Shown one piece after another: positions 30,301 through 39,231 of a stretch of 64,000 nucleotides of DNA (positions are counted from its first letter, which is position 1; each line of letters starts with the position of its first letter). Position numbers and translations under genes: made by a program. The DNA is from Veleropilina oligotropha (Eukaryota): assembly GCA_048128005.1 (NCBI GenBank), contig JBEUKZ010000054.1, forward strand, positions 930,001 through 994,000. The letters run 5' to 3'. The notes under the pieces are model-generated. The model was not told the origin of the DNA and searched no databases. It saw only the letters and a list, made by a program, of their open reading frames with translations.

Positions 30301-33300
30301 CAAATACAGTAGCAGCACTTTTTAAACTGCCTGTGCGCAAAAATAGGCGATTTACAAACAACCTTTGTATTTAAACAAGAAAACGAGGCTTCTTGCCGAA
30401 GTTTATAATGTACCGTCGAAAATTGGGCATTATCGAAGTTAACATGGGCAATTTGGGCAGTGCCCAAATTAAAGTTTGGCTGCAATAGCGCCATCTATAT
30501 TGGCCTATTATAATCAAAAGTAACTTTCGAATGGCTTTTGTTGTGCTGTATGCAGGACCAGAGAAATAAATTATACTAGGAATTGAAACAATTGACAGTT
30601 ATTAATGCGACAATGAATGAAATCACCAGGCATTAAAGAAAGTGGAACAATTAACAAGACCCTCGATAGCTGTTTGAAAATGAGCAGCGATGCATTACAT
30701 CAGCAAAGTGCTAATTGGTCTCATGTTGTTTGTCGGGGAATTTACAGAAAGGAAAATAAATTGGCCTAAAAGTACGTAGATTTATGAGATAATTTAATAA
30801 AAACTTATATCAAATACATTTTTATTATAAACATACATTTGTATAGTGTTTACTAAGCAATGCATATCAATATGATTCAATGAACTCCGATGGTAATGTT
30901 AATTTATTGCGTTGCATCGCATCGTCTATATAATTATACAACTTTCCTATAACGCGGTCGGATACAACGCGGTCCTGATATTTTGGCCCCCAACTACCGC
31001 GTTATATTGAGGCTGTCGTGTACTTACACCACAGTAGTATTATGCAAAACAATTGTTACTGTAACAGTAATTTTGTGGTGATGATTGATTTTATGTTGGA
31101 AAAACCAAGTACGTACATAGAGTAGATGATAGATAGATATACATAGAGTAGATGATAGATAGATATACATAGAGTAGATGATAGATAGATATATACATAG
31201 AGTAGATGAGAGATAGATATACATAGAGTAGATGAGAGATAGATATACATAGAGTAGATGATAGATAGATATACATAGAGTAGATGATAGATAGATATAC
31301 ATAGAGTAGATGATAGATAGATATACATAGAGTAGATGAGAGATAGATATACATAGAGTAGATGATAGATAGATATACATAGAGTAGATGATAGATAGAT
31401 ATACATAGAGTAGATGATAGATAGATATACATCGAGTAGATGATAGATAGATATACATAGAGTAGATGATAGATAGATGTACATAGAGTAGATGATAGAT
31501 AGATATACATAGAGTAGATGATAGATAGATATACATAGAGATGATAGTTAGATATACATAGAGTAGATGATAGATTAATGCATATATTTTTCTGATTATT
31601 GATCGATTTTTCGGATTATATAATATACATATAACTTCAGTAGTATTTTTAGTATGTTGTGCAAATCATACCTGTCAACGTAAATAATGCACAGGTTTTT
31701 ATTTGGGAAACAAATCAATTTTCAATATTTCTTCATCATTATGCTGCAGGAAATGTTGATAATCAATAGCTAATTTTAAATTAGTAATTTTACAAAAATG
31801 TTTGTGCAGAGCAAGGAGAGAATAAAAATAGAAGTCTTAAAATATGTACAACTTTCAAATTGTTGTTTATTATTCCTTCAGATGTTTGTTCCATTGGCCA
31901 CTACTGCCCTCAAGGGACAGCAGACCCCATTGGGTGTTCTGCTGGAACCTACAACCCGCTGACCAATGAGGCGAGCTGTCTTGCCTGCCCTGCTGGATAT
32001 TATTGCTTTGCCAACTCAACAACATATTTGGATGGACCCTGTCCTTACGGTTTGTCTTTGGCAGTATTCAGTTATTGAAAGAGACATTCGGATAATATGA
32101 TCAAGATACAATTGCCTGCTTTAAAATCCAGTTATACTGATTTTATTTTAGACTTTAAAATAGTCAAACATTAAATTAGTGTTATTGTGAAAATTGAATG
32201 GGCCTTTTCTGCATTAATATATATATAGATAACTTTTTCCTTTAATGATAATGTAAACATTTCCAGTCTGAGGATCTAGTAGATAAAATATATATAAATG
32301 AGTTTCCTGAACACACTCATGTCCCCTGATAGGCGGTCGGGGGACATAGTATCCGCGTTCGTGCTTCCATCCCGGATATAAATGAGTTTCCTGAACACAC
32401 TCATGTCTGTTGTTGTCCCCTGATAGGCGGTCGGGGGACATAGTATCCGCGTTCGTGCTTCCATCCCGGATATAAATGAGTTTCCTGAACACACTCATGT
32501 CTGTTGTTGTCCCCTGATAGGCGGTCGGGGAAATAGTATCCGCGTTCGTGCTTCCATCCCGGATATAAATGAGTTTCCTGAACACACTCATGTCTGTTGT
32601 CCCCTGATAGGCGGTCGGGGGACATAGTATCCGCATTCGTGCTTCCATCCCGGATATAAATGAGTTTCCTGAACACACTCATGTCTGTTGTTGTCCCCTG
32701 ATAGGCGGTCGGGGGACATAGTATCTGCGTTCGTGCTTCCATCCCGGATATAAATGAGTTTCCTGAACACACTCATGTCTGTTGTTGTCCCCTGATAGGC
32801 GGTCGGGGGACATAGTATCCGCGTTCGTGCTTCCATCCCGGATATAAATGAGTTTCCTGAACACACTCATGTCTGTTGTTGTCCCCTGATAGGCGGTCGG
32901 GGGACATAGTATCCGCGTTCGTGCTTCCATCCCGGATATAAACGAGTTTCCTGAACACACTCATGTCTGTTGTTGTCCCCTGATAGGCGGTCGGGGGACA
33001 TAGTATCCGCGTTCGTGCTTCCATCCCAGATATAAATGAGTTTCCTGAACACACTCATGTCTGTTGTCCCCTGATAGGCGGTCGGGGGACATAGTATCCG
33101 CGTTCGTGCTTCCATCCCGGATATAAGTGAGTTTCCTGAACACACTCATGTCTGTTGTTGTCCCCTGATAGGCGGTCGGGGGACATAGTATCTGCGTTCG
33201 TGCTTCCATCCCGGATATAAATGAGTTTCCTGAACACACTCATGTCTGTTGTTGTCCCCTGATAGGCGGTCGGGGGACATAGTATCCGCGTTCGTGCTTC

Positions 33301-36300
33301 CATCCCGGATATAAATGAGTTTCCTGAACACACTCATGTCTGTTGTTGTCCCCTGATAGGCGGTCGGGGGACATAGTATCCGCGTTCGTGCTTCCATCCC
33401 GGATATAAATGAGTTTCCTGAACACACTCATGTCTGTTGTTGTCCCCTGATAGGCGGTCGGGGGACATAGTATCCGCGTTCGTGCTTCCATCCCGGATAT
33501 AAATGAGTTTCCTGAACACACTCATGTCTGTTGTTGTCCCCTGATAGGCGGTCGGGGGACATAGTATCCGCGTTCGTGCTTCCATCCCGGATATAAATGA
33601 GTTTCCTGAACACACTCATGTCTGTTGTTGTCCCCTGATAGGTGGTCGGGGGACATAGTATCCACGTTCGTGCTTCCATCCCGGATATAAATGAGTTTCC
33701 TGAACACACTCATGTCTGTTTGTTGTCCCCTGATAGGCGGTCGGCGGACATAGTATCCGCGTTCGTGCTTCCATCCCGGATATAAATGAGTTTCCTGAAC
33801 ACACTCATGTCTGTTGTTGTCCCCTGATAGGCGGTCGGGGGACATAGTATCCGCGTTCGTGCTTCCATCCCGGATATAAATGAGTTTCCTGAACACACTC
33901 ATGTCTGTTGTTGTCCCCTGATAGGCGGTCGGGGGACATAGTATCCGCGTTCGTGCTTCCATCCCGGATATAAATGAGTTTCCTGAACACACTCATGTCT
34001 GTTGTTGTCCCCTGATAGGCGGTCGGGGGACATAGTATCCGCGTTCGTGCTTCCATCCCGGATTTTCTCACATCTTTTTTTGCCATTTAGAGAAATGCGA
34101 GCTTTCCGAAACTTGGCAGATCAACTAACCACATCATTGGGTATATCAAGTTCGAATATTGGAAATTTATTTTGAAAACTTCTGGTCTTTTGGCGACTTT
34201 TCGGCAATTTTGAACATAGTCTCTGGAAGCATAAATGTGGTATACTTCTCACATCTTTTTTTTTCATTTAGGGAAATGTGAGCTTTACGAAACTTTACAG
34301 ATCAACTAACCACATCATTGGGTAGATCAAGTTCGAATATTGGGAATGTATTTTGCAAACTTGTGTTTTCTTGGTGACTTTTCAGTGAATTTGAACATAG
34401 CCTCTGGAAGCATGGATATGGTCAATTTCTCACATTATTTTTTTTCCATTTAGAGAAATACTAGCTTTCTGAAACTTTACAGATTTACCAACCACACCAT
34501 TGGGTAGATCAAGTTCGAATATTGTGAAATTATTTTAAAAACTTTTTTTTGGGTGACTTTTCAAGACTTTTCAACATAGTCTCTGGAAGCATGGATGTGA
34601 TTTTCTCACAATATTTGTCTCGCCCGTAGGGAAAGAGATATTGGTATTGCTTTTCCCCTTCACCCCCCCCCCCCTCATGCTCAACCCCCCATTAGAACAT
34701 GATTTATTTTCGCTGCGCATACACAAATTATAATTATGCCTTGAAATATAGAGGATAGAAAAGAAACAGAGATATTTTTTTAAGTACGATGAAAGGGACA
34801 TGTGCTTATCTGTAAGACATGATCACTGACAATAGGCACAGTAAGCTGTTAAGCTTAATGGTCACTCTGTGAAGCTGTGATTCTCAAAATCAGATGGAAT
34901 TTGAAAACTGGCTTCACCACTGGTTTATTCCATGGGTATCTTGAGATGGCAGTGTATATTGTCATTACAAGAACAGACTGTATCAAGTGTCTAATATGAC
35001 TCTCCTCAGCTGGTCAAGGTTCAAGTCATTGTGTCCCCTGACAATAGGCCGGGATACTATGATTTTTTCATGGTTTAGCTGGGGTGGGCGAGACATATAA
35101 TTCCGCGGAATTTCTTGTTTTCATATTGAGAATTTCTAGCTTTCTGAAACTTGACAGATCAATTAATTACATCATTAGGTAGATCAAGTTCCAATGTTGA
35201 GAATTTTGAAAACTTTTAGGTATTTTGTGATATTGAATATAGTCTCTGGATGCAGTTGTCAATTTTGTCACTACTAACTTTTTCAAATTAGAGAAATGCT
35301 AGCTGTCATGGAGTAAGTTCGAATATGGGGGCTGCTTCGACTGCTGTGTGGTATCGGTGTGGACTCAGAAAATCACTGACTTGATTCTGCTGACACGAAC
35401 AGTATTGCCAATGTGGGTTCAAACCCCGCCTGGAGCATGACATTATTTGTTCAAATTATGAATCACAGTTGTCCATACCTGGTCCAATAGGGCGGGCTTT
35501 CCTCCCGCGATAATACGGTTTGTCCTGGTTTGAACCTAAATAAGTTTGAAATATACAGGACAATAAGCATTGATCCTTTCCTTTTTCCTTTTTGAATATC
35601 GGGAACTGTTTTTTAAATTTATGGATTTTTGGCGATTTTGTACATGGTCTCTACAAACATGGATGTGGTCAATTTTCTCACATGCACTTATTTCATTTAC
35701 GGAGATGCTAGCTTTCTGAAACTTTATAGATCAACTAATACCATCAAGGGGTAGATCAATTTCAAATATTGGGGATTTTTTGAAACCTTGATTTATTGCT
35801 GAATTTTGTTGATTTAAAACATAGTCTCTGCTTGTATGGAATTTATAAATTTTATCTGAAACCTCACAGACCAACTAACCACAATGTGATAATGGGATGG
35901 ATAAAGTTTGAATAATGATAATTATTTAATTTACTTGAAGTATTTACACTTATTGTCTGGGTGCATATCTATCTCTGGTGGCAGGAAATCTTGCTTAATT
36001 AATGAATTCTCATTGAGTTACTGAGTACACAGCGGGCAAAAATATATATGTGGTCAATAATACGGGAGGGGGACAATCGCCACTTAGTGGCAATCACTTG
36101 TTTATATTGATATATACCATATATATTTCTTATAATTTCAGGAGCCTACTGCCCTGAAGGAACTAAGTTTTCGTTTGAGTTCCCGTGCCCTGCTGGAACA
36201 TACAACAACCAGTCCAAGGCCACCGACGCACTGGATTGTCTCCCCTGCACAGGTAATAGTGATCTATCCTCTATTCTTACGTTTAAGCTTGCCCATTAGT

Positions 36301-39231
36301 AATGATTCAAAATGAAGCCTTGTATGACATTAATTGATGTAGTATTCTTAATCCAAAAGGTATTATAATACATATTAGTTATTAAATTTTGTGAATGTCC
36401 CACTAACTTCATGATTTGACATGTTTTCAGCTGGCAAGTACTGTGGCAGCGACGGTTTAGCAGAGCCGTCGGGCGACTGTGCCCCCGGATGGTACTGCTC
36501 AGACGGTGCATTCACGGACAAACCGCAGCCCTACGTCAACAGCTCAGACCCTAACAGTGTCAACTGTCCAATCTACTCCCTCAACTTTACCGGAGGGGTC
36601 TGCACTCCCGGTAAGTGATAACCGGAGGGGTCTGCACTCCCGGTAAGTGATAACCGGAGGGGTCTGCACTCCCGGTAAGAGATAATTAAACATGGACTAC
36701 GCATTATTAATTGGTAACTTCACAATTGCCTGTCTTTTTATAGGCCTGCTCATCAGATACCATCACATCAGATACCATCACATCAGATACCATCACATCA
36801 TATACATCACATCAGATACCATCACATCAGATACCATCACATCAGATACCATCACATCAGATACCATCACATCACATAATAATAATAATAAAATTGATTC
36901 TTATATAGCGCAATTTCCATTGTCGCAATGTTCAAATGTGCTGAGTTGGAACACAGTCAGTTGTATGCCGTCTTGAAGAGGTAGGTTTTAAGCTTGGATT
37001 TGAAAGCTGGAACAGTTTTTGCATGTTTTATGTCGCTGGGCAATGTGTTCCAGAGTCGTGGTGCGTAAACCGAGAAGGCTCGATCTCCGACTGAGCGCAT
37101 GTTAGTCCTTGGTACATCTAACAAGTCTTTATGTGCAGATCGTAATGAGCGACGAGGCATATAGTCAACCAGGAGACTCCGAATATAGCCCAGGGCTTTG
37201 TTGGACATAGCCTTGAAAACGAGGAGTAATGACTTAAAGTCTACTCTGTCCTTGATCGGTATCCAGTGGAGCTTGATTAAAATGGGAGTTATATGGTCGC
37301 GACGCTTGGTCCTTGTTATGAGACGAGCTGCCTTGTTTTGAACGAGTTGAAGCTTTGATAGAATTTCAGATGGTAAACCACATAGCAGGCTATTGCAATA
37401 GTCAAGGCGCGATATCACCAGAGATTGTACAAGTTGCTTGGTCGTGGATTCTGTCAGTCTCTTACGGACATGACCGATGTTTCGGAGATGGAGACTAGAC
37501 GTTTTAATGATTCTATTTATCTGAGGTGTCATGGAGAGTGTGCGATCGAACATAACACCGAGATGGCTGATGGGGCCCTCAGTAACGTGCACCTTGGTAC
37601 CTGCTACCGACAAGGACTTCACATTGACAGAATGTAGGCTGCGTCTCGTGCCGAACAGCATAATTTCAGTTTTGTTGGGGTTTAATTTGAGTTTGTTTGC
37701 TAACATCCATGTGTGAATTTCTGATAAACACAGTTCTAATTTTAGGCATTGGTCCTGTATATAAGATGGGTCCTTCGGTTATGTGAATGTCACATATATT
37801 TGGGTGTCATCAGATTATCCATGCATTTCGAGACCATGAGACATTATGAGGTGATGGAGTGGCAGAATGTATATCAGAAAGAGCAACGGTCCCAACACAG
37901 ACCCTTGCGGGACACCATACAGGAGCGGTATGGTAACGGATGTCGATTCCATTATTGTAACATACTGTTTCCGGCCAGATAAGTACGATGTAAACCATTG
38001 TAGCACCATATCATCTATGCCCAGTAAAGACACCATTCTATCCAATAGTACTTGTTGATCGATAGTATCAAAGGCAGCACTAAGATTTAGTAGGATGAGT
38101 ATTGCTACACCATGCTTGTCGATGCTGCATGTGAGATCGTTATGCACCTTTGTGAGTGCTGTCTCCGTGCAGTGTTGAGCTTTATACGCAGACTGCAGTG
38201 GGTCGTGCATATGATTCTGATCCATGTATTGGTTTAGTCTGGCTGATACTGCTTTCTCTAGGATCTTGGAGAGAAACGATAAGTTGCTCACAGGACGATA
38301 GTTTGACTGTACATCAGGATCTAGACTGGGTTTTTTAATCAGTGGGTTAATGATGGCAACTTTCATCGAGTCTGGCACACAACCGGTAGACAAGGATGAA
38401 TTCACAATACGTGTGACCACAGGAACCAGCTCCTCAACGGCACACTTAACTAACCATGTTGGCATGGGATCAAGTGAACATCCCTTGGTGGGCGAATTGG
38501 TGATGAATTTGTGAATTTCCTCGTCAGTAACTGGGTCGAATTGGGTCCATGACGCCATACACTGAGGGACAGAGAAAACAAGACCACCATAGACGTGAGG
38601 TAGGTCATGTCGAATCTTGTCTACCATCACATCACATACCATCACATCACATACCATCACATCAGATACCATCACATCACATACCATCACATCACATCAG
38701 ATACCATCACATCAGATACCATCACATCAGATACCATCACATCAGATACCATCACATCAGATACCGTCAAATCAGATACCATCACATCACATACCATCAC
38801 ATCATATACCATCACATCACATACCATCACATCAGATACCATCACATACCATCACATCAGATACCATCACATCACATACCATCACATCAGATACCATCAC
38901 ATCACATACCATCACATCAGATACCATCACATCACATACCATCACATCATTTACATTGTGTCTCAGACAAAATTTTTTTTAGTGCATTGTTATTTTATTA
39001 TGATCCCTACTTTAGGAAACTATTGTCCAAGTGGGTCCAGCCAACTGTTGCCATGCCCAGCGGGAAAATACTGCGAGACCTACGAACTAGCAGCGCCGAC
39101 CGAGGACTGCCATGTTGGATCCTACTGTGCGGGCGGTGAGAGTGTGCCATACCCCTTGGACTGCAGTAAGGGCCATTACTGCCCTGTGGGGACACCAGTG
39201 GAGGAACCATGTGCACCCGGCACATACTCAG
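226..39231 (+). CDS. Giant cysteine-rich repeat protein (Ephrin_rec_like/GCC2_GCC3/TNFR-like CPxGxYC repeats), partial multi-exon gene, 21 exons in window
   Basis: 21 GT-AG-bounded exons join in consistent phase into one open frame of 8,280 nt (2,760 aa) of repeated C-P-x-G-x-Y/F-C and CxxC-xxG-xYC motifs; begins upstream of the window and probably continues beyond it. Confidence 0.9.
709..924 (+). CDS. Cys-rich gene exon 2
   Basis: tgtag|GTTAT...ACAA|gtaaga; GYYCSIANEPMVSYLPYPCPAGSFCPNG... Confidence 0.88.
1252..1501 (+). CDS. Cys-rich gene exon 3
   Basis: ttcag|ATCCC...CAAG|gtacca; PCNARYWCILGAQTAEPTDG...; phase 2 end matches exon 4. Confidence 0.85.
1599..3447 (+). mobile_element. Non-autonomous Helentron/HINE (DINE-1-like) element
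   Basis: T-run, 5' hairpin GGCTCGCAT..ATGCGAGCC, (GTCC)n microsatellite, internal duplicated block, 3' subTIR CATGCGAGCC, end TTCTAGTT. Confidence 0.7.
3448..5024 (+). mobile_element. Non-autonomous HINE-like element with internal ~160-190-bp tandem repeats
   Basis: 5' hairpin AGTCCCCCGC..GCGGGGGACT, (CGTC)n, repeated core ...gatttcatttatatttggt...ccagtcgattatggtgacc..., 3' subTIR GCGGGGGACT, hairpin TTGCCAC-GTTA-GTGGCAA, end CACTTGTT. Confidence 0.72.
5072..5690. repeat. 18-bp minisatellite (CTGGCATCTCTTCTCYCC)n, left part
   Basis: tandem array split by the LTR element; resumes at 10126. Confidence 0.95.
5691..10125 (-). mobile_element. Non-autonomous LTR retroelement (Gypsy-type by 4-bp TSD), 850-bp LTRs at 5691-6540 and 9276-10125
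   Basis: TG...CA direct repeats with only two mismatches noticed by eye; GCAT TSD at 5687-5690 and 10126-10129; minus-strand PPT-like GGGAGG next to the left LTR and PBS-like TGGTGAGCGTGACCAGG near the right LTR; no gag/pol ORF inside. Confidence 0.88.
10126..10222. repeat. 18-bp minisatellite, right part
   Basis: same unit as 5072-5690. Confidence 0.9.
10455..11652. mobile_element. Tc1/mariner (pogo/Tigger-like) MITE
   Basis: TIR CAGTGGATTCC(A/G)CTTA(A/T)TTGCATA at both ends, TA TSD; splits one copy of the exon-4 acceptor repeat. Confidence 0.85.
11653..11871 (+). repeat. 52-bp tandem repeat of the exon-4 splice acceptor
   Basis: AG copies at 11702, 11754, 11803, 11855, plus one at 10450 left of the MITE. 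Confidence 0.9.
11857..13037 (+). CDS. Cys-rich gene exon 4
   Basis: tccag|GTACTACTGT...GGAG|gtgagt; core of ORF 11777..13084. Confidence 0.88.
13066..13601 (+). mobile_element. HINE-like non-autonomous element
   Basis: TTTATGCCCCC..GGGGGCAT 5' hairpin, GTCTGTC tract, 3 internal repeats, 3' GGGGGCAT + hairpin + CTCTAGTT. Confidence 0.7.
13816..14378. repeat. Composite 24/39-bp minisatellite (GCATTAAGATTACCAGCAAGTAAT +/- GCATAAGTTTAATTT)
   Basis: tandem array; source of the spurious MHYLLVIL ORF. Confidence 0.93.
14541..14774 (+). CDS. Cys-rich gene exon 5
   Basis: ttcag|GGAAATAC...GCCG|gtgagt; GKYCETAGLAAVTGSCSAGYFC... Confidence 0.88.
14753..14866 (+). repeat. 38-bp tandem repeat (x3) of the exon-5 splice donor
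   Basis: GACTGCGAACTGTGCACAGCCG|GTGAGTAACAATAT copies at 14753, 14791, 14829 (last degenerate). Confidence 0.85.
14971..15112 (+). mobile_element. Short HINE-like element
   Basis: ATGCCCCCACCAATTTATTGGTGGTGCAT hairpin, GTCTGTCCGTCC, 3' hairpin TGTCCCATGGACA, end TTCTAGT; related 5' end at about 39420-39480. Confidence 0.6.
15375..15562 (+). CDS. Cys-rich gene exon 6
   Basis: tccag|GTCAG...ACAG|gtatgg; GQYCADNGMSAPTGPCAARYYC... Confidence 0.87.
16874..17267 (+). CDS. Cys-rich gene exon 7
   Basis: cacag|GAGACATGT...GAAG|gtagga; ETCKDCPEAYFCDSTLQVGVQTPGLCPSGSYC... Confidence 0.87.
17627..18812. mobile_element. Tc1/mariner-type MITE with subterminal repeats
   Basis: imperfect TIR C(G/C)GTA(T/G)TGATGCGCATATA, TA on both flanks, ~46-bp tandem subterminal repeats at 17630-17860. 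Confidence 0.75.
18994..19929 (+). CDS. Cys-rich gene exon 8
   Basis: tttag|GTTTG...ACAG|gtatat; core of ORF 18951..19976. Confidence 0.88.
20151..20229. repeat. 19-bp tandem repeat (TCACGGTAATATGAACATG)x4
   Basis: direct inspection. Confidence 0.9.
20393..22297 (+). CDS. Cys-rich gene exon 9
   Basis: tttag|GTCAT...TCAG|gtaaga; core of ORF 20362..22341. Confidence 0.88.
22274..22536 (+). repeat. 39/40-bp tandem repeat (x7) of the exon-9 splice donor
   Basis: GT copies at 22298, 22338, 22378, 22417, 22456, 22496, 22535. Confidence 0.92.
23029..23146 (+). CDS. Cys-rich gene exon 10
   Basis: tccag|GAGTG...ACAG|gtaacg; GVDIKTPTGTNTGVGGICQIGFSCPLSTTDAIPCSAGSY (frame not in ORF track). Confidence 0.85.
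23112..23737 (+). repeat. 52-bp tandem repeat (x12) of the exon-10 splice donor
   Basis: unit ACCGACGCTATACCGTGTTCAGCAGGATCRTACAG|GTAACRCGGTCATGTAG. Confidence 0.93.
24047..24273 (+). mobile_element. tRNA-derived SINE copy (diverged)
   Basis: B-box GGTTCGAACC followed by a body (GCATGACATT.TTTGTTCA...GGGCTTTCC...CGCGATAATA...TTGAACCT...) shared with 35327-35581. Confidence 0.55.
24360..24583 (+). CDS. Cys-rich gene exon 11
   Basis: tttag|TGAC...GAGA|gtaagt; DSPGQASCTPCPVGSYCPENSTS... Confidence 0.86.
24961..25603 (+). CDS. Cys-rich gene exon 12
   Basis: tatag|TCGAT...GACG|gtatgt; core of ORF 24969..25655. Confidence 0.87.
26225..26439 (+). CDS. Cys-rich gene exon 13
   Basis: tgtag|ATACTGC...CAAG|gtaaac; YCDPVEAAASFGVPSHGVVTPTDCPAGYYC... 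Confidence 0.86.
26736..27211 (+). repeat. ~72-bp tandem repeat (x7) of the exon-14 branch point and splice acceptor
   Basis: units carry TA(C/T)TAAC, pyrimidine tract, CAG and ~35 nt of exon-like sequence; AG at 26823, 26895, 26967, 27040, 27113, 27174. Confidence 0.9.
27176..27409 (+). CDS. Cys-rich gene exon 14
   Basis: tgcag|GCTTG...GATG|gtaaga; GLTAPTAPCDAGYVC... Confidence 0.86.
27691..27942 (+). CDS. Cys-rich gene exon 15
   Basis: tccag|GATTG...ACAG|gtaggt; GLTAPTGNCTEGHFC... Confidence 0.87.
28463..28597 (+). CDS. Cys-rich gene exon 16
   Basis: atcag|GTGAT...GATG|gtaaga; GDCDAGFYCDSAAITSSPLDGITGDQCPSG... (frame not in ORF track). Confidence 0.86.
28830..29180. repeat. 22-bp minisatellite (CAGTTCAACTCAACATCTTTCA)n
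   Basis: tandem array. Confidence 0.95.
29359..29685 (+). CDS. Cys-rich gene exon 17
   Basis: cttag|GTTAC...GGAG|gtaccc; GYYMNHTQAALCDVCPGRYYC... Confidence 0.85.
29757..31022. mobile_element. Degenerate pogo/Tigger-like MITE
   Basis: CCTCGATACAACGCG near the left end, CGCGTTATATTGAGG...GTGTA at the right end, repeated TA(T/C)AACGCGG motifs; left boundary uncertain. Confidence 0.45.
31114..31575. repeat. 26-bp GATA-rich minisatellite (ACATAGAGTAGATGATAGATAGATAT)n
   Basis: tandem array. Confidence 0.95.
31882..32049 (+). CDS. Cys-rich gene exon 18
   Basis: ttcag|ATGTT...TACG|gtttgt; DVCSIGHYCPQGTADPIGC... Confidence 0.85.
32292..34063. repeat. 94-bp tandem array (x19) containing the 5' end of a HINE-like element
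   Basis: near-identical units, each with hairpin TGTCCCC..GGGGACA; last unit runs into the element body. Confidence 0.93.
34614..35119 (+). mobile_element. Nested short HINE-like element
   Basis: subTIRs TGTCTCGCCC / GGGCGAGACA, 3' hairpin AATTCCGCGGAATT, end TCTTGTT. Confidence 0.65.
35327..35581 (+). mobile_element. tRNA-derived SINE copy (diverged)
   Basis: B-box-like GGTTCAAACC; body similar to 24047-24273. Confidence 0.55.
36142..36252 (+). CDS. Cys-rich gene exon 19
   Basis: ttcag|GAGCC...ACAG|gtaata; GAYCPEGTKFSFEFPCPAGTYNNQSKATDALDCLPCT (below ORF-track cutoff). Confidence 0.86.
36431..36610 (+). CDS. Cys-rich gene exon 20
   Basis: ttcag|CTGGC...CCCG|gtaagt; AGKYCGSDGLAEPSGDCAPGWYC... 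Confidence 0.87.
36589..36684 (+). repeat. 32-bp tandem repeat (x3) of the exon-20 splice donor
   Basis: ACCGGAGGGGTCTGCACTCCCG|GTAAGTGATA at 36589, 36621, 36653. Confidence 0.9.
36751..36876. repeat. (CATCA/GATAC) 15-bp repeat, left part
   Basis: same unit resumes at 38623 after the LINE. Confidence 0.9.
36877..38622 (-). mobile_element. 5'-truncated L2/CR1-group LINE, RT pseudogene
   Basis: NYRPVSNLSFLSKILE, QSAYK..HCTETAL, GVPQGSVLGPLLF; catalytic YADD reads *SDD (TAA at 37815-37817); C-terminal RLDYCNSLL..LQLVQN..LHW..F..KLKT; 3' end GCGCTATATAAG..(TTA)n. Confidence 0.9.
38623..38950. repeat. (CATCA/GATAC) repeat, right part
   Basis: tandem array. Confidence 0.9.
39016..39231 (+). CDS. 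Cys-rich gene exon 21 (last seen in window)
   Basis: tttag|GAAAC...; GNYCPSGSSQLLPCPAGKYC...; weak donor TCAG|gtgcat, with an in-frame TAG at 39238-39240 if unspliced. Confidence 0.8.

Larger units (their letters stand above)
33998..36102 (+). mobile_element. HINE-like element with internal ~180-bp repeats and nested insertions
   Basis: 5' TGTCCCC..GGGGACA hairpin; 3' GGGGGACA + hairpin GCCACTTAGTGGC + CACTTGTT, resembling the end of 3448-5024. Confidence 0.68.

Noticed and set aside
32214..34086. 94-bp array as a CRISPR array or tandem gene family
   Set aside because: Units are wholly repeated with no unique spacers, no cas genes, eukaryotic intron context; ORFs are repeat translations
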